DNA of 39,977 bases, taken from NCBI GenBank assembly GCA_035546355.1, contig DATKEH010000131.1, positions 1 through 39,977 on the forward strand, given 5' to 3'. Numbering within the stretch: the first letter of the stretch is position 1; the number at the start of each line of letters is the position of its first letter. Source of the stretch: Thermoanaerobaculia bacterium. Its GTDB lineage: Bacteria; Acidobacteriota; Thermoanaerobaculia; Multivoradales; JAIOJS01. The notes below the pieces were generated by a model. That model saw only the letters and a program-made list of their open reading frames with translations, did no database searches and had not been told where the DNA came from. Below, in pieces: positions 1 to 10,766 of the stretch. Position numbers and translations under genes: made by a program.

Positions 1-162
1 CAGCAGCGGGCGCTTGAGGCCGAGCCGGGCGAGCAGCAGCCCGCTGCGCCGGGTATCCTCGCAGGCCACCAGGTCGGCGCTCGCCAGCGCCTCGCGGGCG
101 CGGGGCGAGAGGTCGTCGAGGTTGCCGATCGGCGTCGCCACTACCAGCAGGGTGCCGGCCAT
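1..162 (-). CDS. rsmI: 16S rRNA 2'-O-ribose C1402 methyltransferase RsmI, N-terminal fragment (gene runs off the window start)
   Basis: Not in the ORF track (54 codons, open at the window edge). Reverse translation from ATG 162..160 gives MAGTLLVVATPIGNLDDLSPRAREALASADLVACEDTRRSGLLLARLGLKRPLL. This matches the conserved RsmI N-terminus (VATPIGN..D.S.RA...L...D...CEDTR). Confidence 0.75.
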   Translation of the reverse strand, partial: MAGTLLVVATPIGNLDDLSPRAREALASADLVACEDTRRSGLLLARLGLKRPLL

Positions 163-214
163 GCCGTGGATGGTACTGGAGGTGGGGGCCCGTGCTACCA
201 TCCCCTGCCTCGCG

Positions 215-910
215 ATGCCCCGCGCGCTCCTCGCCACGCTCTGCGCCCTGGCCTCCGCCGCCGCCCTCGCAGCGGCGTCACCCCCCGGGCCGCCGCCGCG
301 GTTGGTGGACAGAGTGGTGGCGGTAGTGGACGACGACCCGATCCTGCTGTCCGACCTGGAGCGGGTGATCGCGCTCGGGGTGGTGGCGCCCCAGCCCGAG
401 GAGAGCGAGGCGAGCCTGCGGCGCCGTGTGCTCGAGGGGTTGATCGAGCAGCGCCTGCGCTTCCACGAGGTCGACCGCTACGGCCACCAGCAGCTGCCCG
501 TGGCGGCGATCCAGGAGCAGGTCGCGGCCATCGCCGGCCGGTTCGCCGACGAGGAGGACTTCGCCGCGCGCCTGGCGGAGCTGGGGATGAGCCGCGGCGA
601 CGTCGAGCAGCTGGTGGTGCGACAACTGCAGGTACTGACGTTCGTCGACGAGCTGCTCGGGGCGCGGGTGTTCGTCGGCCTAGACGAGATCCAGCGCTAC
701 TACGAGGAGGTGCTGGTGCCGCGCCTGGCGGCGGCGGGCGAGTCGGCGCCGCCGCTCGAGCAGGTGCGCGAGCAGATCCGCTCGCTGCTGCGCGAGGAGC
801 GCCTCAACCAGGAGCTGCAGCGTTGGACCGCCGAGCTGCGACGGCAGGCCGACGTCATCGACCATCTCGATCGCCCGCAGCGCCCCCTGCCGCCTGTGGC
901 GCCGCGGTGA
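215..910 (+). CDS. Periplasmic SurA N-terminal-domain-like chaperone (no PPIase domain), 231 aa
   Basis: Same frame as ORF 14..910, trimmed to ATG 215 where a signal peptide starts (MPRALLATLCALASAAALAAA). The mature part (VDRVVAVVDDDPILLSDLE...LIEQRL...) resembles the SurA_N chaperone domain. Confidence 0.6.
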   Translation: MPRALLATLCALASAAALAAASPPGPPPRLVDRVVAVVDDDPILLSDLERVIALGVVAPQPEESEASLRRRVLEGLIEQRLRFHEVDRYGHQQLPVAAIQEQVAAIAGRFADEEDFAARLAELGMSRGDVEQLVVRQLQVLTFVDELLGARVFVGLDEIQRYYEEVLVPRLAAAGESAPPLEQVREQIRSLLREERLNQELQRWTAELRRQADVIDHLDRPQRPLPPVAPR

Positions 911-3134
911 GTTGCGGGTAGAGCTCGCGGTAGGCGGCGGCGCTCTCCAGCGTGGCGGCGACCAGCTGGCGCACCTCGCGGGCGCCCAGCTTGGTCAGCA
1001 CCTCGGCGGCTTCCCGCCCCTGGCACCAGGACACCCAGAGCAGGGCTTCGTCCTCTCCGGCGAAGTAGGCCGCGACCACGGCGGGAGGATCGCCGAACCG
1101 CCCGACGAGGCCGGCGAGATGGGCCGCCGCCAGCGGGATCGCGGTCTCCGGCCGCTCGAGGTCGGCCGGCTCGAGACCCGGGGATCTCACCGCCGCCGCG
1201 GCGCGGGCGGCGTCGGCGAGGCCGAGGCCGGTGATGCCGCGGGTGCCGCCGGCCGCCACCGCGGCCGGGTCGAAGCCGCTCGCCACCCGCAGCAGGGCGA
1301 GCAGCAGGTGGGGATCGACCCCGTGACGCTCGGCGGCCGAGGTGACGAGCGGGCCGTGGCCCAGGGGGTAGAGGAGCTGGCGCAGGGGTCGCGGCATGAG
1401 GCTGCCGGGGAGGCGGCCGCCGGCGCGCCTCTCCAGCGTGGTGGCGAGCAGCAGGGAGCGAGCCGTCGCACCGCCCCGGGCGAGCTCGCGGCTGGCGGTA
1501 TAGGCGAGCCGAGGATCGCGCGTCGGGAAGTGTTGCAGCACCGTGTGAAGCCCGACCTCCCGCCACAAACCCAGGGCGAGGAGTCGATCCTCCGCGACGG
1601 TGAGCGGCGATCGCCACAGCGGCCAGGAAGCGACCTCCAGCGGCGCCAGGCGGAGCAGGGGGCCGAGGTCCGGGTCGCGGGCGAGACCCTGGTAGAGGCG
1701 CCGCTCGACGGCCAGTCGCCGCGGGTCGTCCGGGGAGAGGAGCAGCCAGGCCGCCAGCTGCTCGTCGAGCCGCTGGGACTCACCTGCGGCGGTGAGCCTC
1801 TGCTCCACCGCCCGGCGCATCGGCCTCGCCAGCAGCCGCTCTCGCGCCGTCGCCGCCAGGGGGTGGTACGGCCCCTGGCGGAGCACCCGCAGGTAGTGCC
1901 CGAGGGCGGCGACGGGACGGCCGCGGGTCTCCTCCCAGCGGCCGAGCCAGTAGCCGACCTCGCGGTCCTGGGCTCCCTGCGTGACGGCCGCCGACTGCAG
2001 CCAGCCGCCGGCCTCGTCGGCGCGGTTGTGCACCAGGTCGGAGGCGGCGAGGAAGAGCGCCCCGCGCGCGGCGTAGACGTCCCAGGTGCGGCGCGAGCGC
2101 AGCAGCTCCAGCAGTCGCGCCGCCTCGTCCGCATCCCCCTCCAGCCGCTGCAGGCGCAGGGCGGCGAGCAACGAGGCGCCCGTCCAGCGGCTCTCCGGGC
2201 GCAGATTGGCGGCGCGGCTGTAGGCTCCGAGCGCGGCGCGGCGCCGCCCGGCGAGCTCCAGCGACCGCCCCTGGTGATATCCGACCCTGGCGCGGTCGGC
2301 CGGCGCCGGTGCGGAGTCCGCCGCCACGCCCCAGGTGGCGGCGGCGGCGCGGTGATCGCCGATTCCCGCCTGCGCCTGCGCCAGGAGCGCCGTGGCCTCG
2401 TGGAGCTCGCGCGAACCGGCCGCGGCCGCTGCCGTTGCCGGCGCCAGGTAGTCGCGAGCCAGGTCGGGCCGCCCCTGCTGCAGGAACGCCCGCCCCAGCA
2501 CCAGCGCGAGATCGGGGCCCAGCGAGGCGGGGTGCAGGCCCAGGAGCCGCTCGGCGGCCTGCCGCGCCGGCTCGTCGTCGACCCCTTCCTGCAGGAGGGC
2601 CAGCAGCAGGCCGCGAGCCTGGGCATCGTGGCCCCGCCGGCTCGCGCACGCGGCGCGCGCCACCTGCAGCACCCGGCGCTCACGGGGAGCGATGGCCTGC
2701 CAGGCGACTCCCCTCAGCAGGCGGCAGTCCCCTCCCTCCTCGATCGCCCTGGCCAGCACCGTGGCGGCCTCTTGCATCAGCGCGGCGTGGCGACCGTCGA
2801 GCAGGGCCGCGGCCAACCCCGCGGCCACCTCGGGGTGACCCAGGGCGCGCTGCTCCCGGGCGAGCCGCAGCCGGCTATGGGCGGCGAGCTCCGGGATCTC
2901 GGTCATGGCGCGGGAGAAGGCTTGCGCGGCGAGGCGGTGGCGGCCGAGGTCGGCGAGAGCGTGTCCGCGCAGGTAGGAGGCGCCCAGGCGTTGGGCGACA
3001 TCCGGAGCTTCGGCGGCGAAGCGCTCCGCGGCGGCGAGGGTTTCCTGCGGGGCGGTGGTGCGGTGCAGCTCGACCAGCGATGGCGGCGGCGGCCCCAGAG
3101 GGGCGGCGGCGAGGAGCGGGAGGAGCCAGAGCAT
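855..3134 (-). CDS. Slt70-like soluble lytic transglycosylase homolog with a degenerate catalytic motif, 759 aa
   Basis: ORF 855..3134 with ATG at 3134..3132. It has a hydrophobic N-terminus, a long Ala/Leu/Arg-rich superhelical region and a C-terminal SLT-like domain (LLLALLRVASGFDPAAVAAGGTRGITGL ... AAYFAGEDEA). The position of the catalytic Glu in the E-S motif is Ala (codon 1283..1281). Confidence 0.65.
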   Translation of the reverse strand: MLWLLPLLAAAPLGPPPPSLVELHRTTAPQETLAAAERFAAEAPDVAQRLGASYLRGHALADLGRHRLAAQAFSRAMTEIPELAAHSRLRLAREQRALGHPEVAAGLAAALLDGRHAALMQEAATVLARAIEEGGDCRLLRGVAWQAIAPRERRVLQVARAACASRRGHDAQARGLLLALLQEGVDDEPARQAAERLLGLHPASLGPDLALVLGRAFLQQGRPDLARDYLAPATAAAAAGSRELHEATALLAQAQAGIGDHRAAAATWGVAADSAPAPADRARVGYHQGRSLELAGRRRAALGAYSRAANLRPESRWTGASLLAALRLQRLEGDADEAARLLELLRSRRTWDVYAARGALFLAASDLVHNRADEAGGWLQSAAVTQGAQDREVGYWLGRWEETRGRPVAALGHYLRVLRQGPYHPLAATARERLLARPMRRAVEQRLTAAGESQRLDEQLAAWLLLSPDDPRRLAVERRLYQGLARDPDLGPLLRLAPLEVASWPLWRSPLTVAEDRLLALGLWREVGLHTVLQHFPTRDPRLAYTASRELARGGATARSLLLATTLERRAGGRLPGSLMPRPLRQLLYPLGHGPLVTSAAERHGVDPHLLLALLRVASGFDPAAVAAGGTRGITGLGLADAARAAAAVRSPGLEPADLERPETAIPLAAAHLAGLVGRFGDPPAVVAAYFAGEDEALLWVSWCQGREAAEVLTKLGAREVRQLVAATLESAAAYRELYPQLTAAPQAAGGAAGDRDGR

Positions 3135-3218
3135 GGGAAGCAGGAGGGAGAGTGGGTCGAGACCTCGGGGCCGGTGCGGCGACCGGATGCGTCGAGACGA
3201 TGCCCGACGACCCGCGGC

Positions 3219-4487
3219 TCAGGGCGTCGGCGGCCCGGGCTCGCGCTGTACGTCCGCTCCCAGCGCCTGCAGCTTCGCCTCCATCGCCTCGTACCCGCGG
3301 TCGAGGTGATAGATCCGTTCCACCCGCGTCTCGCCGTGGGCGGCGAGACCGGCGAGCACCAGGCACGCCGAGGCCCGTAGATCGGTGGCCATGACACTGG
3401 CCCCCGACAGGGTGCGGGGGCCTCGCACCGTCGCTTCACGCGCGCTCACCTGGATGTCGGCGCCCATGCGGAGCAGCTCGCCGACGTGCTGAAAGCGGTT
3501 CTCGAAGATCGTCTCGCGGATCACCGCGGTGCCCCGGGCCTGGGTCATCAGGGCCATGTACTGGGCCTGCAGATCGGTGGGGAAGCCGGGATGCGGCGCG
3601 GTCTCGACGTCCCGGGCCACGAGCTCACCGCCGGCGCGGACGCGGATGCCGTCGTCCTGCGTCGAGACCTCGGTGCCCACGGCGGTGAGCTTGTCGAGCA
3701 GCGGCGCGAGGTCGTGCGGGTCGGCGTCCTCGAGCGTGACGTCGCCCGCGGTCAGCGCCGCGCCGACGAGATAGGTGCCCCCTTCGATGCGGTCGGCGAT
3801 GACGTCGTGCTCGGCGCCCCCGAGAGACTCCACCCCGTCGATGCGGAGGGTCTCCTCGCCGGCCCCCTCGATCCTCGCGCCCATGGCGATCAGGAGGTTC
3901 GCCAGGTCGACGATCTCGGGCTCGCGGGCGCAGTTCTCGAGCACCGTCTCGCCCCGCGCCAGCACCGCCGCCATCATCACGTTCTCGGTCCCGGTGACCG
4001 TCGGCATGTCGAAGCGGAAGCGTTTCCCCTCGAGCCGCTTGGCCTCGGCGAGGACGTAGCCGTGCTCGAGCCGGATCTGCGCCCCGAGGGCATCGAGGCC
4101 CTTCAGGTGCTGGTCGATGGGGCGCACGCCGATGGCGCAGCCGCCCGGCAGGGAGACGCGGGCGCGGCCGCGCCGGCCCATCAGCGCCCCCAGCACCAGC
4201 ACGCTGGCGCGCATCGTCTTGACCATCTCGTAGACCGCCTCGGACGACACGCCCTCGTGCTGGGGCACCAGGCGGACGGCGTCTCCCTCGTCGGCGCTCT
4301 GCACCCCCAGATAGGCGAGCAGCCGGCGCATGGTGGCGATGTCGCGCACCCGCGGCACGCGGCGCAACAGCACGGGCTCGTCGGCGAGCAGGGAGGCGGC
4401 GAGAGCCGGTAGCGCGGCGTTCTTGGCGCCGCTTGCGCGGACGCGGCCGGCGAGACGGCAGGGGCCGCGGATGAGGAAGCGATCCAT
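3219..4487 (-). CDS. murA: UDP-N-acetylglucosamine 1-carboxyvinyltransferase
   Basis: 422 aa. N-terminus is [22 protein letters not shown]. The active-site loop [13 protein letters not shown] retains the Cys. Full-length EPSP-synthase-fold pattern. Confidence 0.95.
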   Translation of the reverse strand: MDRFLIRGPCRLAGRVRASGAKNAALPALAASLLADEPVLLRRVPRVRDIATMRRLLAYLGVQSADEGDAVRLVPQHEGVSSEAVYEMVKTMRASVLVLGALMGRRGRARVSLPGGCAIGVRPIDQHLKGLDALGAQIRLEHGYVLAEAKRLEGKRFRFDMPTVTGTENVMMAAVLARGETVLENCAREPEIVDLANLLIAMGARIEGAGEETLRIDGVESLGGAEHDVIADRIEGGTYLVGAALTAGDVTLEDADPHDLAPLLDKLTAVGTEVSTQDDGIRVRAGGELVARDVETAPHPGFPTDLQAQYMALMTQARGTAVIRETIFENRFQHVGELLRMGADIQVSAREATVRGPRTLSGASVMATDLRASACLVLAGLAAHGETRVERIYHLDRGYEAMEAKLQALGADVQREPGPPTP

Positions 4488-4520
4488 GGGCGGCTATCAT
4501 CCCTGCCGCCCCGAGCCCGG

Positions 4521-5413
4521 TCAAGGGCGCCGGCGGTCCCGCGGCGGCGACTCCCTGCCGGCGGCAGGCGGGGGTCGGCGGCGCAGGACGGCGACCCGCG
4601 GGATGCCGGCGTAGTCGGTCTCTGCCCCCTGCAACGGCCAGCCGAGGGTGGCGGCGAGGGCGGCGACGTCTGCCAGCTGCCCGGCGCCGATCTCGAGGAG
4701 AAACGGGGTGCCGTCGGCGGCGTCGCGCGTCTGCTCCAGGAGCTGCCGGTAGGCGGCCAGCCCGCGGCCGGCCGCGAACAGCGCTGTCGCCGGCTCGTGC
4801 TCCGCCACCTCCGGCGACAGCTCGGGCCGTTGCCGCGGGTCCACGTAGGGAGGGTTGCTGACCAGCAGATCGAAGCCCTGCACGCGCAGCCCCCGCCGCC
4901 AATCGGCGGCGATCAGTGCCAGCCTGCCGGCGACGCCGTGGTGGCGGGCGTTGGCGGCGGCGACGGCCAGCGCTCCCAGGGAGCGGTCGGTCGCCACCAC
5001 GCGGGCGCAAGGGAGCTCGGCGGCGAGAGTGACGGCGAGGCAACCCGAGCCGGCGCCGAGGTCGAGGATGCGGGGCGCGGGTGGCAGGGAGAGCCCCAGG
5101 GCCACCTCCACCAGGTGCTCGCTCTCGGGGCGCGGGATCAGCACTCGCGGGTCGACCCGGAAGTCGCGGCCGTAGAACTCCCGGCGCCCCAACAGGTAGG
5201 CGACGGGCTCACCGCTCAGGCGCCGCTCGAGCAGCTCCCCGAAGCGCCGCGCCGGGGCCTCCGGTACGGGGTCGCGGTCGCGCGCCAGCAGCTGCGCCTC
5301 GGAGAGGCCGAGCGCCGCGCCGAGCAGCAGGGCGGCTTCGCGGGTCGAGGGCTCGAAGGGGGCGGCCAGCAGGCGCCGGCGGGCGGCCGTGAGGAGCTCC
5401 CCGACCGTCGGGC

Positions 5414-5417
<4 letters not shown>
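4521..5417 (-). CDS. prmC: Release factor glutamine N5-methyltransferase PrmC/HemK (start codon unresolved, CTG 5417..5415 proposed)
   Basis: The track ORF 4521..5192 starts at a TTG inside the conserved GEPVAYLLG motif. The same frame upstream reads [44 protein letters not shown]...[13 protein letters not shown], a typical PrmC N-domain. The NPPY motif (LLVSNPPYV) and the SAM-binding LDLGAGSG are present. Confidence 0.85.
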
Positions 5418-6490
<1,073 letters not shown>

Positions 6491-6609
6491 GGTCGGAATC
6501 CCGCCGCCGCCACGGCGGCCGATGGCGGCGGGTCAGACGGCGAGGCCGCCCCCCGCGGAGCGGCCTTCCCGACCCTCGCCATCGCCGCCACCGGGCGGCG
6601 CGGAAGAGC

Positions 6610-6813
6610 TCACCTCTTGATGCCGTAGCGGCGCTGGAAGCGCTCGACGCGGCCGGCCGAGTCCACCAGCTTCTGCTTGCCGGTGAAGAAGGGGTGACAC
6701 TCGTTGCAGATCTCGAGCCGCAGCTCGTCCTGGGTGGAGTGGGTCTGGAAGGTGTTGCCGCAGGCGCACACCGCGGTCACCAGGTGCATCTCGGGATGGA
6801 TTTCGCTCTTCAC
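6610..6813 (-). CDS. rpmE: 50S ribosomal protein L31 (Zn-ribbon type)
   Basis: 67 aa: [24 protein letters not shown]...[31 protein letters not shown] start at 6813..6811. The CxxG...CxxC cysteines are present. Confidence 0.95.
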   Translation of the reverse strand: MKSEIHPEMHLVTAVCACGNTFQTHSTQDELRLEICNECHPFFTGKQKLVDSAGRVERFQRRYGIKR

Positions 6814-6953
6814 GGGGATTTCCTCGGATGGTGAGTTGGAGGCCGCCCCTCCGGGGGCGGACCGTCAATCATAGTACCAAACAGAGCAAGAGGTGAAGCT
6901 GTTCCCGCGAACGGATTCCCGCGACCAGATCGCTGGCGCAATACACTCGGCCC

Positions 6954-8099
6954 ATGTCTTTCCTCGTCTTCGACGGCCATACCGACGTTCCGACCCGGCT
7001 GCTCGAGGCGCCTGCCGACCTGTCGCGGCCGGCGCCGGGCGGGCACGTCGACCTGCCTCGGCTGCGTCGAGGGGGGGTCGGTGGCCTGGTGTTCGCGCTC
7101 TGGGTGCCCCCCCACCTGGAGCCGGAAGCGGGGCTCGAGCACGCCCTGCTGCTCCATCGGTTGACGGTCGAGCAGCTGCGCCCGGGGGGCCTGGAGGCGG
7201 TGGCGACGGCCGCGGCCCTCGAGCAGGCGAAGGGGCGCGACGCCGTGGGCGTCGTCCTGGGCCTCGAGAACGGCCGCCCGCTGTCGCTGCCCGGGGCCCT
7301 CGACAGGCTGCACGGGCTGGGCGTACGCATCGTCACCCTCACCCATACCGCCAGCCACGAGTGGTGCGACGCCGCCGGGGACGACGAGCCGCACGGCGGC
7401 CTGGCCCCGCAGGGAGAGGAGATGGTGCGCGAGCTCAACCGGCGTGGCATCGTCGTCGACGTCTCCCACGTCTCGGATCGCGCGGTCGAGCACGTGCTCG
7501 AGGTCAGCGAGGCGCCGGTGGTGGCGAGCCACAGCTCGGCGCGGGCGCTGTGCGACCATCCGCGCAACCTCACCGATGCCCTGGCCCTGTCGGTGGCGCG
7601 CCGCGGCGGGGTGGTGATGGCCAACGCCTACCCCGCCTTCCTCGACGACACGGCGCGGCTCGCCAACCAGCGCCGCATGGAGCACCTCGGCGCTGCGATG
7701 CGGTCGCTGCAGGATGCCCATGCCGACGACCCGCTGGCGTTCGCGCGGGCGCGCCAGGGGATGCTGGCGGGACACCCGCAGCCGCCGGTGCCCCGGCAGC
7801 GGTACGTCGACCACATCCTACATCTGGTCGAGGTGTGCGGCGAGGAGGGAGTGGGGGTCGGCAGCGACTTCGACGGCATCCCCGAGACACCGGTCGGCTT
7901 CGAGGACGTGGCCCGCTACCCGGGCCTGGTGGCGGCGCTGCGGCAGAGGGGTCTGGACGGACGGGCGCTGGAGCTGGTGCTGTGGGGCAACTTCGCGCGC
8001 GTCTGGCGGGCGGTCGAGCGCGCGGCGGCGACCGGGGACCGAGCGCTCAGTACCCGGCGCCACCGTCCTGCAGGCTCGGACCGTACATCACGGCGTTGA
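6954..8099 (+). CDS. Membrane dipeptidase, peptidase family M19
   Basis: 381 aa, ATG at 6954. N-terminal FDGHTDVP motif, LTHT.SHEW, DVSHVS and SHSSARAL blocks typical of renal-dipeptidase-like enzymes. The 3' end overlaps the convergent M14 gene by 53 bp. Confidence 0.8.
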   Translation: MSFLVFDGHTDVPTRLLEAPADLSRPAPGGHVDLPRLRRGGVGGLVFALWVPPHLEPEAGLEHALLLHRLTVEQLRPGGLEAVATAAALEQAKGRDAVGVVLGLENGRPLSLPGALDRLHGLGVRIVTLTHTASHEWCDAAGDDEPHGGLAPQGEEMVRELNRRGIVVDVSHVSDRAVEHVLEVSEAPVVASHSSARALCDHPRNLTDALALSVARRGGVVMANAYPAFLDDTARLANQRRMEHLGAAMRSLQDAHADDPLAFARARQGMLAGHPQPPVPRQRYVDHILHLVEVCGEEGVGVGSDFDGIPETPVGFEDVARYPGLVAALRQRGLDGRALELVLWGNFARVWRAVERAAATGDRALSTRRHRPAGSDRTSRR

Positions 8100-10716
8100 G
8101 CAGCAGCGGCATGGTGCCGCGCCAGAAGAGGCGGAACGCCATGTCCTGGGTGAGCAGCACGACGCGGCCGGCGCCCACCGGATGGGTGGCAGCGAGCAGC
8201 GACCCGGCCAGCGCGTCTCGCGCTTCCTGCCAGGCGAACCCCGCCAGCACCGGATCCTGATCGGCGACGCGCAACAGGTCGCGTCGCGGGTCGCCGGACG
8301 GCTCGTAGAAGGTACCGCCATGAAACATCACCGGCGGCGGCGAAGGCAGCCCGACGGTCAAGGGGTGCTGCGTCAGGGTGGTGGCCACGATGGTGCCGGG
8401 CACCTCGAGCTGGGTCTCGAACACGCGCTGCGCGAGCTCGCCCTCGCCGTCCTGCGTCTGGCCCGGGCTCGGGCGGGCGGTGATCTCGGCGAGCTCGACC
8501 TCGGTCAGCCATTCGAGGGCGCGCCCCATCGCCACCAGCACTCCCCCCTCCCGCAGCCAGACGTCGAGTCTCTCCCTGCCCTGATCCCCCAGCTCCCGCG
8601 CGTAACCGGTGCCATCGGGGAAGACGAGGACGTCGAAACGGCTCAGCCTGGCCTGTCCCAGCGCGGCCAGGTCGAGCACGGTGTGCTCGGCGTCGACCTC
8701 GCGATCCAGGAGATGCCAGACGAAGCCGAACGACGTCGGGCTGACGCCGCCGCCGCCGACCAGGCCGATGCGCGCCGGGCGGATCGGGAGCATCTGCTCC
8801 GAGCCGAGGGGGATTCCGGACTGGGTGCGCGAGGTGCTCGCCCCCACCAGCGTGACGCCGGTCTGCTCGGCGAGGGCCAGGAGCTCGGCGTCGAATGCCT
8901 CCCCGCGTCCCCGCCGCGGCACGAACAGGGTGCCGGCGGGCAGCTCTCCGGCGGCCAGGCGGAGGCCCTCGAGGGCGAGGTGAAACGGGATCTGCCGCCG
9001 CTGCAGCGCGGCGGCGAAGCGGAACCCGGCGAGCCCCTGCGGCGGCACCAGCGAGCCGACGGCGCCGGTGGCGCGAGGGGGCGCCGCCGGCGCCGCCGTT
9101 CCCGCCAGCGGCTCGGACACCACGTAGCCTTCGAGGTTGAAGGCCAGGGGGAGCGACCAGGCGGTGACGTCGTAGAACTGGGCCGGTCGGTGGGCTTCGA
9201 CCCGCTGGCGCTGCCGCTCGAGGAACTCGAGCGGCATCTCGGCCTCGCGTTCGAGCAGGACCCGGGCCAGCGTGCCGAGCGGCTGCGACACCGTGACGGC
9301 GTAGGCGCCGGCGGGCAGTCGCACCTGGCGCGCGGCGCCGCCGGCGAGAGGCGCCGCGGTCACCTGCCGGGAAGCCTCCAGGCGCGACACGGCAATTCCG
9401 TGCAGGCGCAGCAATTCCGCCAGGTGGTCGGCCTCCGGCTGGTCGGCGCGCCACACGAACGTCGGGCCGGGGTCGAGACTGCGCTCGAGGCGGAAGCCGA
9501 CGAAGTCGGCCAGCAGCTCACGGTCGTGGCGGCCGGCCGTCGCTACGGTGGCCAGGGAAGTGATGAGGTGGCGCGCCACCCGATCGGCCAGCGACAGCAG
9601 CTCGCCGTTGGGCAGCCGCACGACGGTCCCCGCGCCGCCGCCGCCGGCCATCTCGTAGGTCATCCCCACGCCTCCGCGCAGGGTCGGGTAGGTGTCGCCG
9701 TAACCAGGGTAGAAGAGATCGAACACCTCGCCGACGTAGTAGGTCCAGCCGAGCCGGTCGAAGGCGGCGGCGTTGCCACCGCCGAAGGTCTCGAGCCAGC
9801 GCCGCGCCCGGTGCGCCAGGCGCGGGTGCAGCGGCTCGGCCGCCGGCGGGAAGAAGTAGGTCGACTCGGCCCCCATCTCGTGGTAGTCGACGTAGACCTG
9901 CGGCTCCCAACGGCGAAAGGCGGCGACGCGATGCCGCGTCTCCTTCTGGGTGAGCCAGGACCAGTCGCGGTTGAGGTCGATGGCGTAGTGGTTGCCGCGC
10001 CCTCCCGGCCACGGCTCCGAGTGCTCGAGGGCGGCGGGGTCGGGATCCGCCTCCTCGCCGCGGCGGGTCTGGTAGCCGTGCACGTAGCGCTCGCGGCCGT
10101 CGGGGTTGAGCAGCGGATCGATCAGCACGACGATGCGGTCGAGAGCCGCCGCCAGCTCCCCCTGGGCGGCGGCGAGCACGTATGCGGCGGCCATCGCCGC
10201 CTCGGCGGAGGAGGACTCGTTGCCGTGCACGCCGTAACCGAGCCACACGACCGCGGGTGCGGTGGCCAGCAGCCGCTGCCGCTCGCTCGCCTGCAGGCCG
10301 GCGGGATCGGCGAGCCTGGGCCGCTCGGCGGCGATGGCGTCGAGGCGGGCGATGTTGGCGGGGCTCGATACGGCGACCAGCATCAGCGGCCGCCCCTCGT
10401 AGGTCTCGCCGTATCGCCAGGTGGTGACGCGGGGGGAGGCGGCGGCGAGGGCGTCGAGGTAGGCGACGATCTCGTGATGGCGGGTGAAGCGCAGGCCGAG
10501 CGGGTGCCCCAGCAGCTCGGCGGGAGAGGGTACCGCGGGGTCGAGCTCGGGCAGGGGGAGTCGCTGGCCGTCGGTCAGCGGCGCGACCAGCGAGGGCGCC
10601 TGCTCGGGTAGCGGCCGAGCTGGCGGCGGCTGAGCGGGCAGCGTCGGCGCCAGGGCCAGCAGCCCCAGCACCAGCAGCAGCCCGACCGGGCGGTGCAGGA
10701 TGTCGCGGAATCGCAC
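8047..10716 (-). CDS. Secreted M14-family zinc carboxypeptidase-like protein with a large C-terminal extension, 889 aa
   Basis: GTG start at 10716..10714 and a signal peptide (VGLLLVLGLLALAPTLPAQ). M14 signature region: YGETYEGRPLMLVAVSS ... VVWLGYGVHGNESSSAEAAM. The C-terminal part (FDVLVFPDGTGY...GGVLVAMG) looks like a GATase1/ThuA-like fold. Confidence 0.7.
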   Translation of the reverse strand: MRFRDILHRPVGLLLVLGLLALAPTLPAQPPPARPLPEQAPSLVAPLTDGQRLPLPELDPAVPSPAELLGHPLGLRFTRHHEIVAYLDALAAASPRVTTWRYGETYEGRPLMLVAVSSPANIARLDAIAAERPRLADPAGLQASERQRLLATAPAVVWLGYGVHGNESSSAEAAMAAAYVLAAAQGELAAALDRIVVLIDPLLNPDGRERYVHGYQTRRGEEADPDPAALEHSEPWPGGRGNHYAIDLNRDWSWLTQKETRHRVAAFRRWEPQVYVDYHEMGAESTYFFPPAAEPLHPRLAHRARRWLETFGGGNAAAFDRLGWTYYVGEVFDLFYPGYGDTYPTLRGGVGMTYEMAGGGGAGTVVRLPNGELLSLADRVARHLITSLATVATAGRHDRELLADFVGFRLERSLDPGPTFVWRADQPEADHLAELLRLHGIAVSRLEASRQVTAAPLAGGAARQVRLPAGAYAVTVSQPLGTLARVLLEREAEMPLEFLERQRQRVEAHRPAQFYDVTAWSLPLAFNLEGYVVSEPLAGTAAPAAPPRATGAVGSLVPPQGLAGFRFAAALQRRQIPFHLALEGLRLAAGELPAGTLFVPRRGRGEAFDAELLALAEQTGVTLVGASTSRTQSGIPLGSEQMLPIRPARIGLVGGGGVSPTSFGFVWHLLDREVDAEHTVLDLAALGQARLSRFDVLVFPDGTGYARELGDQGRERLDVWLREGGVLVAMGRALEWLTEVELAEITARPSPGQTQDGEGELAQRVFETQLEVPGTIVATTLTQHPLTVGLPSPPPVMFHGGTFYEPSGDPRRDLLRVADQDPVLAGFAWQEARDALAGSLLAATHPVGAGRVVLLTQDMAFRLFWRGTMPLLLNAVMYGPSLQDGGAGY

Positions 10717-10766
10717 GTCGATCGTCAGGGCGTTCGCCCCTCCTCGGGTGTCCCCCGGCCTCTACT

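Noticed and set aside
855-910. Convergent gene overlaps (SurA-like/Slt 56 bp; dipeptidase/M14 53 bp at 8047..8099)
   Set aside because: These are most simply explained by late stop codons in GC-rich sequence. There is no evidence of functional antisense regulation.
912-3380. 822-aa ORF on the + strand, plus the nested ORFs 1187..2683, 1780..2649 and 2309..3394
   Set aside because: It is antisense or out of frame to the Slt-like gene. It is extremely Arg/Gly/Pro/Ala-rich low-complexity sequence with no recognisable motifs. This is the expected shadow ORF in a genome of about 70% or more GC.
7714-10611. 965-aa ORF on the + strand, and the 512-aa ORF 7916..9454 on the - strand
   Set aside because: These lie antisense or out of frame to the M14 peptidase gene. 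Their composition is dominated by R/G/A/P with no domains. The M14 frame has a signal peptide and the HGNES zinc-site region.
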